Source: Chiloscyllium plagiosum
Lineage: Eukaryota
DNA: 64,000 nucleotides
Assembly (NCBI RefSeq): GCF_004010195.1
Contig: NC_057713.1
Coordinates: forward strand, 110,193,490 to 110,257,489
Direction: 5' to 3'
The position numbers were made by a program, and so were the translations under genes. The notes under the pieces were generated by a model, which saw only the letters and a list, made by a program, of their open reading frames with translations, was not told the origin of the DNA and searched no databases. The stretch's first letter is position 1. Each line of letters begins with the position of its first letter. Positions 13,051 through 26,001 of this stretch are shown here, piece after piece.

Positions 13051-16000
13051 TGTTGATTATAAATATCTTAAATCAATAACAGTTCAGATAGTGAGCTGAA
13101 TTACTGAGCCTTGCTCTAGTCAGGCTCAAAAATACCAATGTAAGCAAACATGCCATTTACAAACCGCATTCCTGACGTTGGCCATTTTTGCTGAGAATGT
13201 TTTGGTACTAACAGATCTACCTAATCTTATGGGGGAAGCGTGTCATGTTGAGACCATTTAAAGGAAGCTAACTGTGATTATTCAGTTGGATAATGCCAAC
13301 TCAGAGGATGAGGGGAACGGGTAATTGAACTGGCTTGGGGAGGGGGCATCCTTAAGGACCCTAGACAGGTCAACGATGTGATGTGGAGTGGGGTAGTGTT
13401 CCTGGCACAACTAAAGCCCTCTCTAAAATTGAAACAGAAAGGGCTGAATAAAACTCTGCAGTTCAGGCAGCATCTGTGGAGGGAAATGGAATTAATGGCC
13501 GAATCGTCTATTTTGAAGCTCGATGGGAATTGCGCATGAGAAAACTGTGGAATCCCTGACATAGCTGACTCCGAAGGAATTGCCAGGGAAACTGAAAATT
13601 CCACTAAGCACCCTTCTCCTGTGCAGTCTTCTTTTGGGCAATTTTCTCCTGCAGACATCTCTACTGTCGCTATGCTGATTCTATGGCAGCATATCATCGC
13701 TGATGTGGAAGATGTTGGACTTCCTGCTGTCATTTACTGTCAAATATACCCCAGGTACTTTCCATTCTCGTCCTTTCAGCTTGAAATACTCAAAAACATG
13801 GTATGCAAGCTGCAGCCATAATAGAATTCTGTCAAACATTTACCAGAGGGAAATGTCACAGCAGCTGGAATGTGTGAGCTTTTATTCAAATTGGATAATG
13901 ACAACTTCAAAAAATTCACCTGGAATGCTGTCCAAACTCACTTCTGTTTTCCTGGTCAGCTTTCAGAACCCTGGGAAACCTCTGCTGCTCAAGGAAAACT
14001 CAAAGAGAAGTTAAAAACAATCTGAAATAAGTAACTAAACCCAAGGTTCTTAGTTGCACTAATACAAAGCTGCCTGAATCTAACTAGGAAATACCTGAAT
14101 TTCGAGAATAGCTTTGGCACGAGCATTCAAATACACCTCAGGTGAATCCAAAAGTGGGTGTGCTGCAGCCAACTTGCATTTCAACTTTAAAAATTATTAA
14201 TTTCATCCCTTGTCTGCTTCCTATTTTCCAGCTCTCGAGGGTTAAAATTCCACTCAATAATGGCAGACATAGTATACCACATAGGAATATTGCAATTCAT
14301 GGGCTCATGTTTGGATTGTTTCATTGATATATGTTATGATTGACAAGAGCAACTGAAGTTTAAAGTTTGTGGAATATTATTTAAGAATGACATGTTAAGA
14401 GCTGATTGCATTCTGAAGTAAATTTACCGCTCAACACTTAATGAATTAAATCTATCCCTGACTAGTTTGCCTGTCCTGAGTTCACACAGGGATGGAATTA
14501 TGCCCTTCTCCATGTGACTTTGGTGGCAGATGACATTTAAATCAGGCAGACGGTTGGTGGGTGAGGACCTGAAGCTTCCCAAACCTGGCCTGATTAAACT
14601 GGTGGTGGAACAGGTCACGAAAGGCCTTCCTGTCACCCAGAATTGGGCAATGAACTAGCTACATGGGAAACGTGAAAAACAGAGTTTTTGCTTCTATCAC
14701 ACAGTGTTTAATTGAGGATCAAGCATTGGATTTGTGCACCATCATTCTTCCCTTGCTGCCAACGCACACCGAGCAACCCATTCTTACAATCACTCATCTA
14801 TGCCCAGGCCCATCAGCAACTCAGCAGTCACCACCTTGCCTGGAAACCTCTTCCCTGGATTCTTGTTGTTGCCAGCTGTGGCAAGCCTTCGCAGAAACAG
14901 ACAACAATGGACTTTCTCTAGGTATCCTACAGAAGGGTCACCTCTAATATTTACCACTAAATCGTTTCAAGATTCTGAAGAAAAAGCAGTTCCCAAGTTG
15001 CTGCAACTTTTGCTGCTGTCTTTTTTTTTGACTGAGCTGCATTTTTTGCTAAGTGTTATATTGCCAATTTGCAATCCATTTTATGGACTGGAACATGTAA
15101 CACTTGCACAAAATTGGAAGTTACTTGAGTAAGCAGATAGCTTCCCTCACAGTCACAAGACGACTCAGTTTTTGGTAACAGAAATTGACTTGTTAACGAT
15201 AGCTAAAATGTAAAATGTAAAAAAAAGCTCCAAGTTCTGCAGCTGTAGCTGCAGCTAGAACTAAAATATTCTGAGTAGTATGAATCAACAGAAGGGGCAT
15301 CAAGAGAATTGTCATCGATGCCCTTCCAGTGATTGTGTCAACTGAGTGTTCAATTTACCGGCTGAGAAACCTCTACAATTGAGTTTTGTAATGCACTTGA
15401 GAATTCAGCATGAGGTATTCAATGTTACTCCCCTCTCACTCAGTGATAAGCTGAAAATGTGAGCTTTGGCTGAAATCTTTTTGAAATCTGAATATCCTAC
15501 AAACAGGGAAATCTGCTCAATAAAGAATCATTTTGAAATTGTGAGAGACAATAAAACAAAAGCCATCGATGTTACGAGTTGAGTTATTTCGAACCGAATA
15601 CCATTTTGATATATAACTCTCAACACTACGACGACTAAATTCTCCTCTTGCGGTGTATTGTATTGAGCAACATGCTCAGCTGTAGGCTTTACACCTCCCC
15701 GACAAACAGGGCAGCAAAACAGCAGCAGAATTTGTAATGAACTACATTCCCTCACCATTTAAAAAAAGTCCTACATAAAAGTGTAAGATGGTATACTTTG
15801 CATGAATTGAATAAATTTCATCATTAAATAAGACCAGCAATATCTGAAATTTTACCAGGTTTGCTTACATATGTGTTTTGGTTGTAAAACCAAATATGAA
15901 TATATCCAGGATAATTTACATGTAAAAACACTGTTCTTCCTAAATATTTTTGTTAAACAATTATTTATGTTATCATTTGACAAGAAACAACATAGAGAAT

Positions 16001-17717
16001 TTTTTTTCCTGTTTTCAGCATATTTCAAATCACCTATTTAGCTTATTTCTCTTTCTCTGTAGGCACTGATCTCCATTTTCATTAGTTCGAATATCCTCTC
16101 TCAATGGGTCTGACTGGATCAAACCTAAACTTTGACTTTGAATACCAATTCCACTTAATGGCTGGCACTGTGACATTGACTTGTTTTGATCTGACACCCA
16201 GACTCACTTTGCTTTGCTCTACTATTGGATTCTTTAAAACCAGCAAATTTTCAGTTTCTTTTTGGACTGCAGAAGGGATTGGGATAAGAGGAGGCTCCTT
16301 CTGCACTCCCCTTGTCAGTTTTCCCCTTTCAAGCAAATGGTTTATACAGAGTCTCTCTCTACTAGATATATAAATGCATCCGGTCTCCACAACAACTCCA
16401 CTTATATATTTTGATGAACCATCTCAGTGATTTTTTTCAGCAGATTCATCTGGCAAGGTCTGTCCAGGATTCACACTAGATTTTAATTGTAATCAGCAAA
16501 GGCTTCTTCCATGGTGTCCCCACATCCATATATTAGCAGATAACCCTCATAGCTTCCATTCTTGGCAGATCATGGACTATCTCATGCTGTCTGCATCGCT
16601 ACTCTTTTGAAGCCAAAGAAATTCCAAATGGGACGCACAACCATTTGTATCTCCCAAACAGCATTCAGAGTGTGGTTAGAAAGCTACTGCTTTCATCAAA
16701 CTTCACTAGCCATCCTTCACATTGATGGTTGTGAAGATTTTATCTTTGCAAGTTGTGACAAAATTGCATAAATGACTGGCATGGAGTAATGAGCTCCTTT
16801 CAGATTTTTATTTAGATCCTTCTACAAATACTCCAATTGCTTTGGCAGCATGATACCAGTGAAACATTCTGCAGGAATTATCACTATTTTGATTACTCTC
16901 TTCTTTGCTAGCTCTTCTAATTTGTTTTCCATCTGGTCTCGAGGGCAGTTGAAAACTTCCTTGGTAAATATTATCTTGGTCTTACACTCATCGACTTTGA
17001 GATGAGGTTATCCAGGAGGATATCTAAATCTGTACACATTGCTATACTCCTCGAGGATCTGTTCAGCTGTTTAGTGGTTTTGCATGCTGTGATACATTGC
17101 AAAGATTTTTAGGCACATTGATGGATAACACCCTAAGTTTTAGACTTGCTTTAAATGACACAAGTCATAGATGACAGCAAAAGCCATTCCTAACTCCAGA
17201 TCTTCAGTTTTGTTATTGCATTGGGCTCTCAGACTACATGCATCCTCTCATTAGAAGAATGGGTGTCTTAACTTTGGGATCTCCATTTTGGATCACCATT
17301 TTGAACCATTTTACACATGTCTGTGAAAGTCAATATTGTAAGGAACACCAGTATCTGATCTATGTTAACCTGATTTTGTCCTTATGTGATCATCATTCCA
17401 ATAATTACAACCTATCAACCTGGCTGAGCCAACCTTTTGCATGTTGTGCAATAATTCATCAGAGTCTTCTGCTGATCTCTCTCAAGTGGCCTTCTATATT
17501 GTCTTTTGTGCTTCCTTGCAGATCAACATTTGCTCACAAAAGGGATTGGATTCTTGCAGTGAGAATTCCTCATTCCCCACACTGAATATCCCTCCTTTTC
17601 TTTTGTGAGATTTCCTCCTATTCTTTGTCCATGACCTTTCTGCTCTTTTGGCCTGGAATATATGTCAACATAATGCAAAGCCTGCACTGTTATGATTTGA
17701 AAATGCGTTAGTTGCGG

Positions 17718-18452
17718 ATTTGATTTGATTTGGTTTATTATTGTCACAGGTACTAAGACACAGTGAAAAGTATTGTTTTGTGTGGTACCCAGATAAATCA
17801 TACCTACATAAGTACATCAACATAATAGACCAGAATATGGAATATAGGAATATGGAATATGTGGGCGGCACGGTGGCACAGTGGTTAGCACTGCTGCCTC
17901 ACAGCGCCAGAGACCCAGGTTCAATTCCCGACTCAGGCGACTGACTGTGTGGAGTTTGCACATTCTCCCCGTGTCTGTGTGGGTTTCCTCCCACAGTCCA
18001 AAGATGTGCAGGTCAGGTGAATTGGCCATGCTAAATTGCCCGTAGTGTTAGGTAAGGGGTAAACGTAGGGGTATGGGTGGGTTGCACTTCAGCGGGTCGG
18101 TGTGGACTTCTTGGGCCGAAGGGCCTGTTTCCACACTGTGAGTAATCTAATCTAACGTATGTAATCTAATCATAGTGTTACAGCTACAAAGAAGGTGCAA
18201 AGAAAGATCAACTCTAATATATGAGAGGTCTGATCATAAGTCTGAAAACAGCAGGGATGAAGCTGTTCTTGAATCTGTTTCAAACTTTTGTATCTTCTGC
18301 CCAATGGAAGAGGGTGGAACAGAGTAAAACCAGGATGGGAGGGTTCCTTGATTCTGTTGCCTGCTTTCTCAAAGCAGCAGCAAGTAAACATGGAGTCAGT
18401 AGAAGGAAGGGTGGTTTTTATGATAGATTGGGCTGCGTTCACAACTCTGACC
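17718..18452 (-). mobile_element. Rex1/Babar-type LINE 3' end containing an HE1 SINE
   Basis: Peptide NAAQSIIKTTLPS...KEPSHPGFTLFHPLPLGRRYKSL; 3' tail ...aataaaccaaatcaaatcaaat. Confidence 0.75.
17863..18155 (+). mobile_element. Young HE1 SINE
   Basis: Head gggcggcacggtggcacagtggttagcactgctgcctcacagcgccagagacccaggttcaattcc with CpGs retained, and an (aatct)n tail. Confidence 0.95.
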
Positions 18453-19187
18453 TGTAGCTCAGCCTTTTTAAGGCTTTTCTGTGAGTTATTTCTCTTATAC
18501 CTCAGTTAACATGCTCCCAGTACAGGTTCCCTTATGTCCTAGATAGCCTTATCTTTAATTTGACCAACTTTTAGATTCACAAATTCAGAGAATTGTGTTA
18601 TGTGTTAATGCAGTTATGTATTAAACAATGGACTCTTTCACCCTGAGCCCTATACAGAACACAGAACATTCATGAGTTCTATTCACATGGGGGTCAAAGT
18701 GTGCTTTCAAGGCTTTCATAATTTCTGTAGTCTGTTATTTACTCGTCTTCAAAGAGATTTCAGATAGAATACATGCTGTAACAGTCTCTTGTCAGCAATG
18801 GTGAAGTTGTTCAATGCCAAGAATACCATTTTGAGTTCTATCTTGCAGTTAATGTTCCCTCTTTGCTACACAGAGTTCTATCCTTTTAGCAGCAGAATGG
18901 AATTGCTCATCTTCCCTTGCAATCAAGCCAACCAGTGGTATTCCAAGAGATTCTCACACATTTGAAGGTTAGTTTCTTGTTGATTTATTCTGTCTGTTGC
19001 TGTGGTCTGATAAATGTTACTTGCTTTCCATTGTTGTTTGTAGTTGAAAATGTCTGTAGGTACAGGTGACACAGGGGCTGAAGGCTTTTATAGCATGTAG
19101 TTTTTTTCCACACATGGATGCTTTATTTTAAGTAGGAGAAAGTGATGCTGGAGATCAGAGCTTAAAAATGTGCTGCTGGAAAAGCCT

Positions 19188-19913
19188 TCTAGTTCTGGAC
19201 TCCCCGACCCCAGGGAAAAGACTTTGCCTATTTACCCTATCCATGCCCCTCATAATTTTGTAAACCTCTATAAGGTCACGCTTCAGCCTCTGACACTCCA
19301 GGGAAAACAGCCCCAGCCTGTTCAGCCTCTCCCTATAGCTCAAATCCTCCAACCCTGGCAACATCCTTGTAAACCTTTTCTGAACCCGTTAAAGTTTCAC
19401 AACATCTTTCCGATAGGAAGGAGACCAGAATTGCACACAATATTCCAACAATAGCCTAATCAATATCCTGTACAGCCGCAACATGACCTCCCAACTCCTG
19501 TACTCAATACTCTGACCAATAAAGGAAAGCATACCAAACGCCTTCTTCATTATCCTATCTACCTGCGATTCCACTTTCAAGGTGTTATGAACCTGCACTC
19601 CAAGATCTCTTTGTTCAGCAACACTCCCTAGGACCTTACCATTAAGTGTATAATTCCTGCTAAGATTTGCTTTCCCAAAATGCAGCACCTCGCAATTATC
19701 TGAATTAAACTCCATCTGCCACTTCTCAGCCCATTGATCCATCTGGTCCAGATCCTGTTGTAATCTGAGGTAACCCTCTTCGCTGTCCACTATACCTCCA
19801 ATTTTGGTGTCATCTGCAAACTTACTAACTGTACCTCTTCTGCTCGCATCCAAATCATTTGTGTAAATGACAAAAAGTAGAGGACCCAGCACCGATCCTT
19901 GTGGCACTCCACT
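19188..19913 (-). mobile_element. Young HER1/CR1 LINE RT fragment
   Basis: Nearly open frame SGVPQGSVLGPLLFVIYTNDLD...SKFADDTKIGG...W.EKWQMEFN. Confidence 0.95.
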
Positions 19914-22191
19914 GGTGGTAAACACCTTCTCCATGGCTTTAAGACAAGCAGGCATAAAATGTATTTTCTGTTTAGCTTCTGCTGTCTCTAATTGTGTGTC
20001 ATCTCATCCTGCAGGGATCAGGTAAGTGTACCATTGAGTGCTGTGCAATCTGGATGTTGTGACTGTCATGGTTGAGTAGTTGGCAGCTTTTGCAAGTTTG
20101 GAATGTAAGTATGAGATCCACGACATTTTTAAATGTGTGACAGAGAAGTGGGCTTTTGGAAAGGAAGTATGAGCCCTGATTAATATAAGTTAGTTGCAGG
20201 TAAATGATAAAGGTTCAATACATGCAGCAGGGTATGAGGCATGAAGTGCAGCTGAAGATGCATGGTTTTGAAACTGATCGTGAATACGTATGCAAGACAT
20301 TCAACTTCTTGTGGCATTCTGCATTCAAGCCTTTGGGGAAACTTGACTCTTGGCATTGAACTCCATGGCAGTTTGCTCTCCTTGCATGAGTCTGGAGAAT
20401 TTCTTACCTCCTTCAACACAGGACACATTTCCTCCTTTCCACCTTGTCCACCAAGGGTCCCAATGCACCATAGGAAAACCTTGGAGCCATGTTCTCTTAT
20501 GTAATGTCATTCTTCAATGGTTGACACACTAGGTTAACTTCCCATGCTACTATCAGCACAGTCTCCAGTTACAATGCACCTCCCTTTTAAGAGGTGCACA
20601 TCAGCTTTCAGTGTTGCTGGCCACTCTGGCTCAGTCATCCAGCCAAAAAAAAAAACACTATGTTTAATGTTAGCTGGATGCTAAAAAGCTTAAAATGAGC
20701 AGGCAGCAGCAATTTTATGTGCTTCCAGCATTACAACCAATGGGCATGAGTTACTCATGCATATCTGTGTTGGGGAGTAGGGTAGCACCATACACTTATT
20801 TTGGGGCTATCAAATTTAACTACTGTCTTTCTTTGTAGACAGAAGGGAGATTATTGAAAGATTCATCAACATTCCTGTTGATCAGTTTCTCCCAAACCCT
20901 ACTGTAATATTAATATGCCAGACATTTTATTTAAATTCTTGTCAGACACATTAACATAATAGTGCTAATCTACCACAACAAAGGATATTGATTTTCTGCA
21001 CTGCGGGGAGCAAAAGTGCACTCAAGATCTGTGCACAGAGCAGGGCTTAATGAAAGTAGACAGACTAATTGAACAAACATTCATGATGCATTTGAGAGCA
21101 TTATGCTTTTTGCAACTGTATTGCTGACATATATCAACACACTGTGGTGACCCCTTTTGATTAAGCCTACCACTAAAATACAGTAATAACGCAGGTAATT
21201 AAAGCTGCTCAATTATTATCTACTAAGACTACACAGGTTTGGATGTCACATATAACTCCGCGTGACCTATGTCTCAATAATGAGCTCTTGAAGCCCAGCT
21301 AATGGAAAGCTGTTGTTGTTTGCTCATTGTTTGTCTGTTTAGTTGCTTGAGTTTTGTGATATTATTCTATTTACAGCTTATGGGTGGAAAATTAGGTGCA
21401 AGGAGGAGGATTAGTAGTGTTCTCACTGTTGATAACTTACAGAAAGATCTTTACTGAATCTGAATATTAGGATTATTAGTATCACCAATTCCAGATAGCT
21501 TAAAATTAACGGGAACTTGGATTTCCGATTTCATAACCCTTGTTTGAATGTAGCTGAAGGATTCTTCCAGCCATCTATTGACAAATTACAGAAGTAGAAT
21601 AACAATGAGGTTCATGGCCTCTGCATATTATTTTAAGTGTTAGCTCATATCCATGGAACAGACTGGATGCCCATCTACCCTCCCATTTCCATTCATGCCA
21701 CAAGTGAACAATTTCCTCTGCCTGACCCAAACCTGCCTGCCTGTTTCTTGTGGTTCAAAAAAACTTTGGTGGGGGGAGCAGCACATTGATGAGAAAAGCA
21801 TATGGCCACAGCTCAATCATTGAGAATGCTGGTGACATCAAGGACAAGAAGCCAGACACTGCAGCGCACCTGGCTACAATTGGATAGGCTATGTTGGAAC
21901 CACATTAAAAAAAACACTGACAAGTTTAGCTGGTAACCATCTTTGAAACTCACAGTAATATCCTGCAATTCCTTAAAATATCTAGAACACTTAGCTCAAT
22001 GTTTCTTACTCATGCAGTGAGAACAAATTATTGACCAATTCGGGATAATGTTCTCTGAATCATGCAGTCATTTAACAGAATTGGAAGAGAAAAAAGACAT
22101 TTCTTAAACAAAGATTGATGTGTAGTTGTATATATGGAGAAACAAATGAGCCAGGCAAACTCTACTGCCTGTAAAATTGCTATCTACGCAC

Positions 22192-22283
22192 CTGTGCCCC
22201 GACTGAAAAGGAAGGGTGTGTTTGGCTAGGCTGGTGCTGGTCGGTTGTGACAGGTTCGATGGGTGTCGAGCTTCCTCTGGTGC
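22192..22283 (-). CDS. POU6F2: POU6F2 internal coding exon (92 nt), upstream of the 229-nt exon
   Basis: Translates to (G)TRGSSTPIEPVTTDQHQPSQTHPSFSVGAQ, resembling mammalian GARGNPALSDPGTPDQHQASQTHPPFPVGPQ, which directly precedes PLLTAQQ. Acceptor is ttctgtttgggttttAG|GC and donor is CAG|GTGCGT. Ends in phase 0, matching the next exon. Confidence 0.9.
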
Positions 22284-22866
22284 CTAAAACCCAAACAGAA
22301 GAACAAATAAATATCCACCACCATTTTCCCTTTAAGATGTCACACAAAACCCACTTTATTTCTGCTAAAACCATTGAATTCATGATGGTCTGAAATTATT
22401 GCTTGTTTGCACAATAAATCCATTCAACTTGATTAACATCTAATCAAAGTATCACTATCACATAATGCTTACAAGAAGCAACTGATTAAAACATATGCAC
22501 TGATCTAACGTATCAAAAAATAGAAGTTGAAGCACTGGATGGGTGTAAGCCACTCGAGAGATGGCAGCATGTGAAGCATTGAAAAAATAGATTTTTTAAA
22601 TATTACAAAAGTACAAAACAATACAATTCAAAACAATACAAAGAAAGAACACAAATTTTAACAAACCCAACCCGCCCTCATGTACAAATGTATAAACATT
22701 AATTGAAAAATACATAATAAAAAACCCAACTAGCTATTTAACTAAATAAATAATAACCATTAACAAACTAATAGATAGTAATAACTCAACTCAGCCAAAC
22801 AAGACACTCATACGTTCGCAGTTCCTCCTCTCTGGATATTGGACTCGTAAAACACAATCATTACGG

Positions 22867-25800
22867 CTATATAAAAGCCCTTATTAGTGTGGCAGATAAA
22901 TCTGTGTCCAGGTATTCCAAACAGGGTTACCATGTCTTATAAAAATTCTCAGTTTTGTGCTGTACCATATTTGTGAGAAAATCCAAGGGGATATACTCCT
23001 TGCCAACCCAATAGGCCCGGGGGGGTTGGTTTCCAGATACCCAACCTAGCAAGATATTCTTCCTTGCGCAGGAAGTGAGGGGGTTGAAAAGTTTTTTCTG
23101 ATGCACCAGGCCAAGAAGAGGAGAGATTGGATCCTTCTCCAACCTTACACCCAAAATTGCACCTGCCACAGCACTCCAGTATGTTTGAAGCCTACCACAG
23201 GACCACAGACAATGGGTGAGAGTGCCTGTACAGACCTTGTACTTGGGACATGTTGAAGATACTCCTGGTTTAACTTTTGACAAATGGTCCGGAGCCAAGT
23301 GGACCCTGTGGAGAATCTTCAACTGTAAAGCATGGCTCCTATTGCAAATTGATATCTTTCTTGCGTTTTCTCAAGTATCTTCCCATGCCTCTGAGAAGAC
23401 CTCAACACCTAGCTCTCTCTCACACCCTGCAGAGTTGATTGAACTCATCTGAGGGGGCACCCCCCAATTGATGACATAAAGTGCTGACAGAAAAGTGTAC
23501 TCTTAGCACTGAGCACCCTCCTCTCTATGTTGGATTTGTAGGGATGTGTCAAAAGCATAGTTTTTTTGTTATGGCAATATTCCCTGACTGTCGTCATTTT
23601 GTCCAGGAACAGCAAGCTAGTAAGGGGGCACCTTGCCTGGAAGGTCTCAATATCTAACCACATTGAAAGAGGGTCCCCACAGGCCCAATCATTCACATAG
23701 GATAAAAGCGAGCTTAGTTAGTAGATTTTAATGTCTGGAAGAACCACTCCCCCAATCTGTGAGGCAGTTGCAGTTTAGCTAATTTAATGAGGGGCCGCTT
23801 ACAATGTCAAATAAAGGAGTTGAATCAGCCGTTCAGTCTCCTGAATGTTTGCTTATTGAAAATTGGGGGACCATCTGGATAGGGTATAACAAACGGGGGA
23901 GAATATTCATCTTAATAAGCGCTATCTGACCCAACCACGAGACCGGATATGCCTCTCATCTTTGAAGGTCTTGTTTGATTTTGTCAAATCATTGAACAAA
24001 ATTAGCTTTGAACAGTCGATCCAGAACTGGAGTAATGAATATGCCCAAAAACACAAAACCCCCCCATGACCATTTTAAATGGGAATTGATATTTGTCCTC
24101 AAGACCTAGCACCTTTGTAAGACTACCCATAGGCATAGTCTCTGATTTTGCAAGATTGATCTTGTACCCTGAAAAGGTGCCAAGCACACTGATGCATTGT
24201 ATTAGGCGAGCACTGAAACTGCTAGATTTGACAAAACAATTAGGACATGGTCCGCGTACAATGAATTCTTATGTAATTTTGACCCCACTTGTGGAGCTGA
24301 TACATTGGGATCCCTATGAAGGGCCTCCACCAATGGTTCAAACACCAACGTAAAAACGTAATGGTAAAAGGGGGCAGCCCTGCCGCTGTCTCTAAAAATG
24401 TTAAAATTGCCTGATTGGACCCCATTGGTGATGACCGCAGTGGGAGAGTCACTGTAGAGAACCTTTACCCATCTTATAAAGACTTCACCCAAGCCAAACC
24501 GCTCCAGATTATAGAAAAGGTACGGCCACTCAACTCGGTCAAACGCCTTCTCTGCATCCAGAGAAATCACCAATCCCTGTATTGACTGTTGTTGATACAC
24601 TTGAATTACATTAAGCAGCCTCCTAACATTATTAGAGGATCTGCCACCCTTTATGAAGCCCATCTGATTCTCTTTAACAATAGAACGTAACACAGTCTCC
24701 AGCCTTAACATAAGAGAGTCTAAGAGAGGATTTTAAAATCCACATTTGAGACTGAAATGTGCCTGTACGAAGCACAGTCCTCCAGAACCTCCCCTCTTTT
24801 AAGAATAAGCGAAATATTGGCCTCTCTCAGAGATGGCGGGAGACAATCATGGTTGTATGAGTCATTAGACATGTTGAGCATCAGGCCTGACAGGATGTTT
24901 ATACATTCCTTATAGAATTTGCTGGGAAGTCCATCAGGACCAGGCACCTTTCCACTCTGAAGCTGCTTCACAACCTCCAACGCTTCTTGCTCTGATAAGG
25001 GGGCATGAGAAAAGGCCCTTGTTCAGGGGTCACACCCAGGAGCTCCAGATCTTTAAAAAAAAGACTCAATTTTGGCCTGCTCCTCCTCACAACCCTCAGA
25101 TTGGTATAACTTAGAGTAATGTCTTTGGAATGCCTCATTCATCTTTTTGGAGTCACATGTTAGGTTCCCAGACCCTTCCCCAATTGCCGTAATGGCTTGA
25201 GAGGCACTCCTTTTCCTGGCAAGATATGCTAAATATTTGCTTGTGGATAAAGGGATCCATTCACCTCGAAGCCACTGTAATGTCCTTAATCTTTACCAAC
25301 AGATAACAATGGAGCATGATCGGAAATTACCAATCGTACAAGATACCACCAAGTCCAAGGTTGCCACAGGGGTCAGAAAAAAAAATCAATCCTGGTGTGA
25401 CATTTGTGTGGATTGAAAAGAAACACAAAACCCCTGCCTGTAGGGTGGAGACGCCTCCAGACGTCCAACAACCCTAACACCCCACACAGATCCACTAATT
25501 GTTTAGTTTCTACAAAGTGTATCAGGGGGCCTTTGGGCAACCTGTCTACTGTGGGATCCATGAGACAGTTAAAATCTCCCCCTATAACAATATGCTGGGA
25601 CTCAAGACAGATCAGCTTAGAGAACGCATCTATCAAAAATTTGAGGGAATGGGCCAGAGGGCAGTAAACATTTAAAACACCATATTCTTCCCAGTTTATC
25701 AGGGCTTTGAGAATTACAAACCTCCCGTGTGTGTCTTTAAGACACTCTCGTAATGGAAATGGGAGATTCCTTCGAACCAATGTAACCACTCCCCAAGTTC

Positions 25801-26001
25801 TGGTATTAAAAATGAAAAGTAAATCTGATCAAAGCCATTCTGCTGTAGTTTCAAATGCTCCCTATCATCCAAGTGTGTCTCCTGTAACAAAGCAATATCC
25901 ACCTTCTTGTCTCGAAGACTCAGAAGTACCTTCTTCCTCTTAATTGGTGAGTGACTCCCCTTGATATTCCAAGTACACCATTTAATCAAGTCATTAGCCA
26001 T
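22867..26001 (-). pseudogene. L1 ORF2p (APE endonuclease, reverse transcriptase, C-terminal Cys-rich region), disrupted
   Basis: TWNIKG, LLQETH, IGGDFN, RIDFF, SDH, PGPDG, SLDAEKAFDRVEW, LYADHV (YADD equivalent), SGYKIN and TCPKYKVCTGTLTHCLWSC across several frames; shorter than typical, so probably internally deleted. Confidence 0.92.

Larger units (their letters stand above)
16050..18950 (-). mobile_element. Decayed Ty3/gypsy LTR retrotransposon internal region (gag-protease-RT), interrupted at about 17718-18452
   Basis: Manual minus-strand translation gives gag-like TTEIMKALKAHFDPHVN (about 18680-18735), a protease-like DTG (about 17350), and RT-like KDLNK..AHYSMP, VKFDESSSFLTT..FGRYKWLCVPFGIS and LLIYGCGDTMEEA (16500-16820). 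Many stops and frameshifts; no LTRs identified. Confidence 0.75.

Noticed and set aside
17863-17935. tRNA-like sequences (also at 7892, 51352, 55170-55243)
   Set aside because: They are SINE heads followed by the HE1 core and a LINE-derived tail, not tRNA genes.
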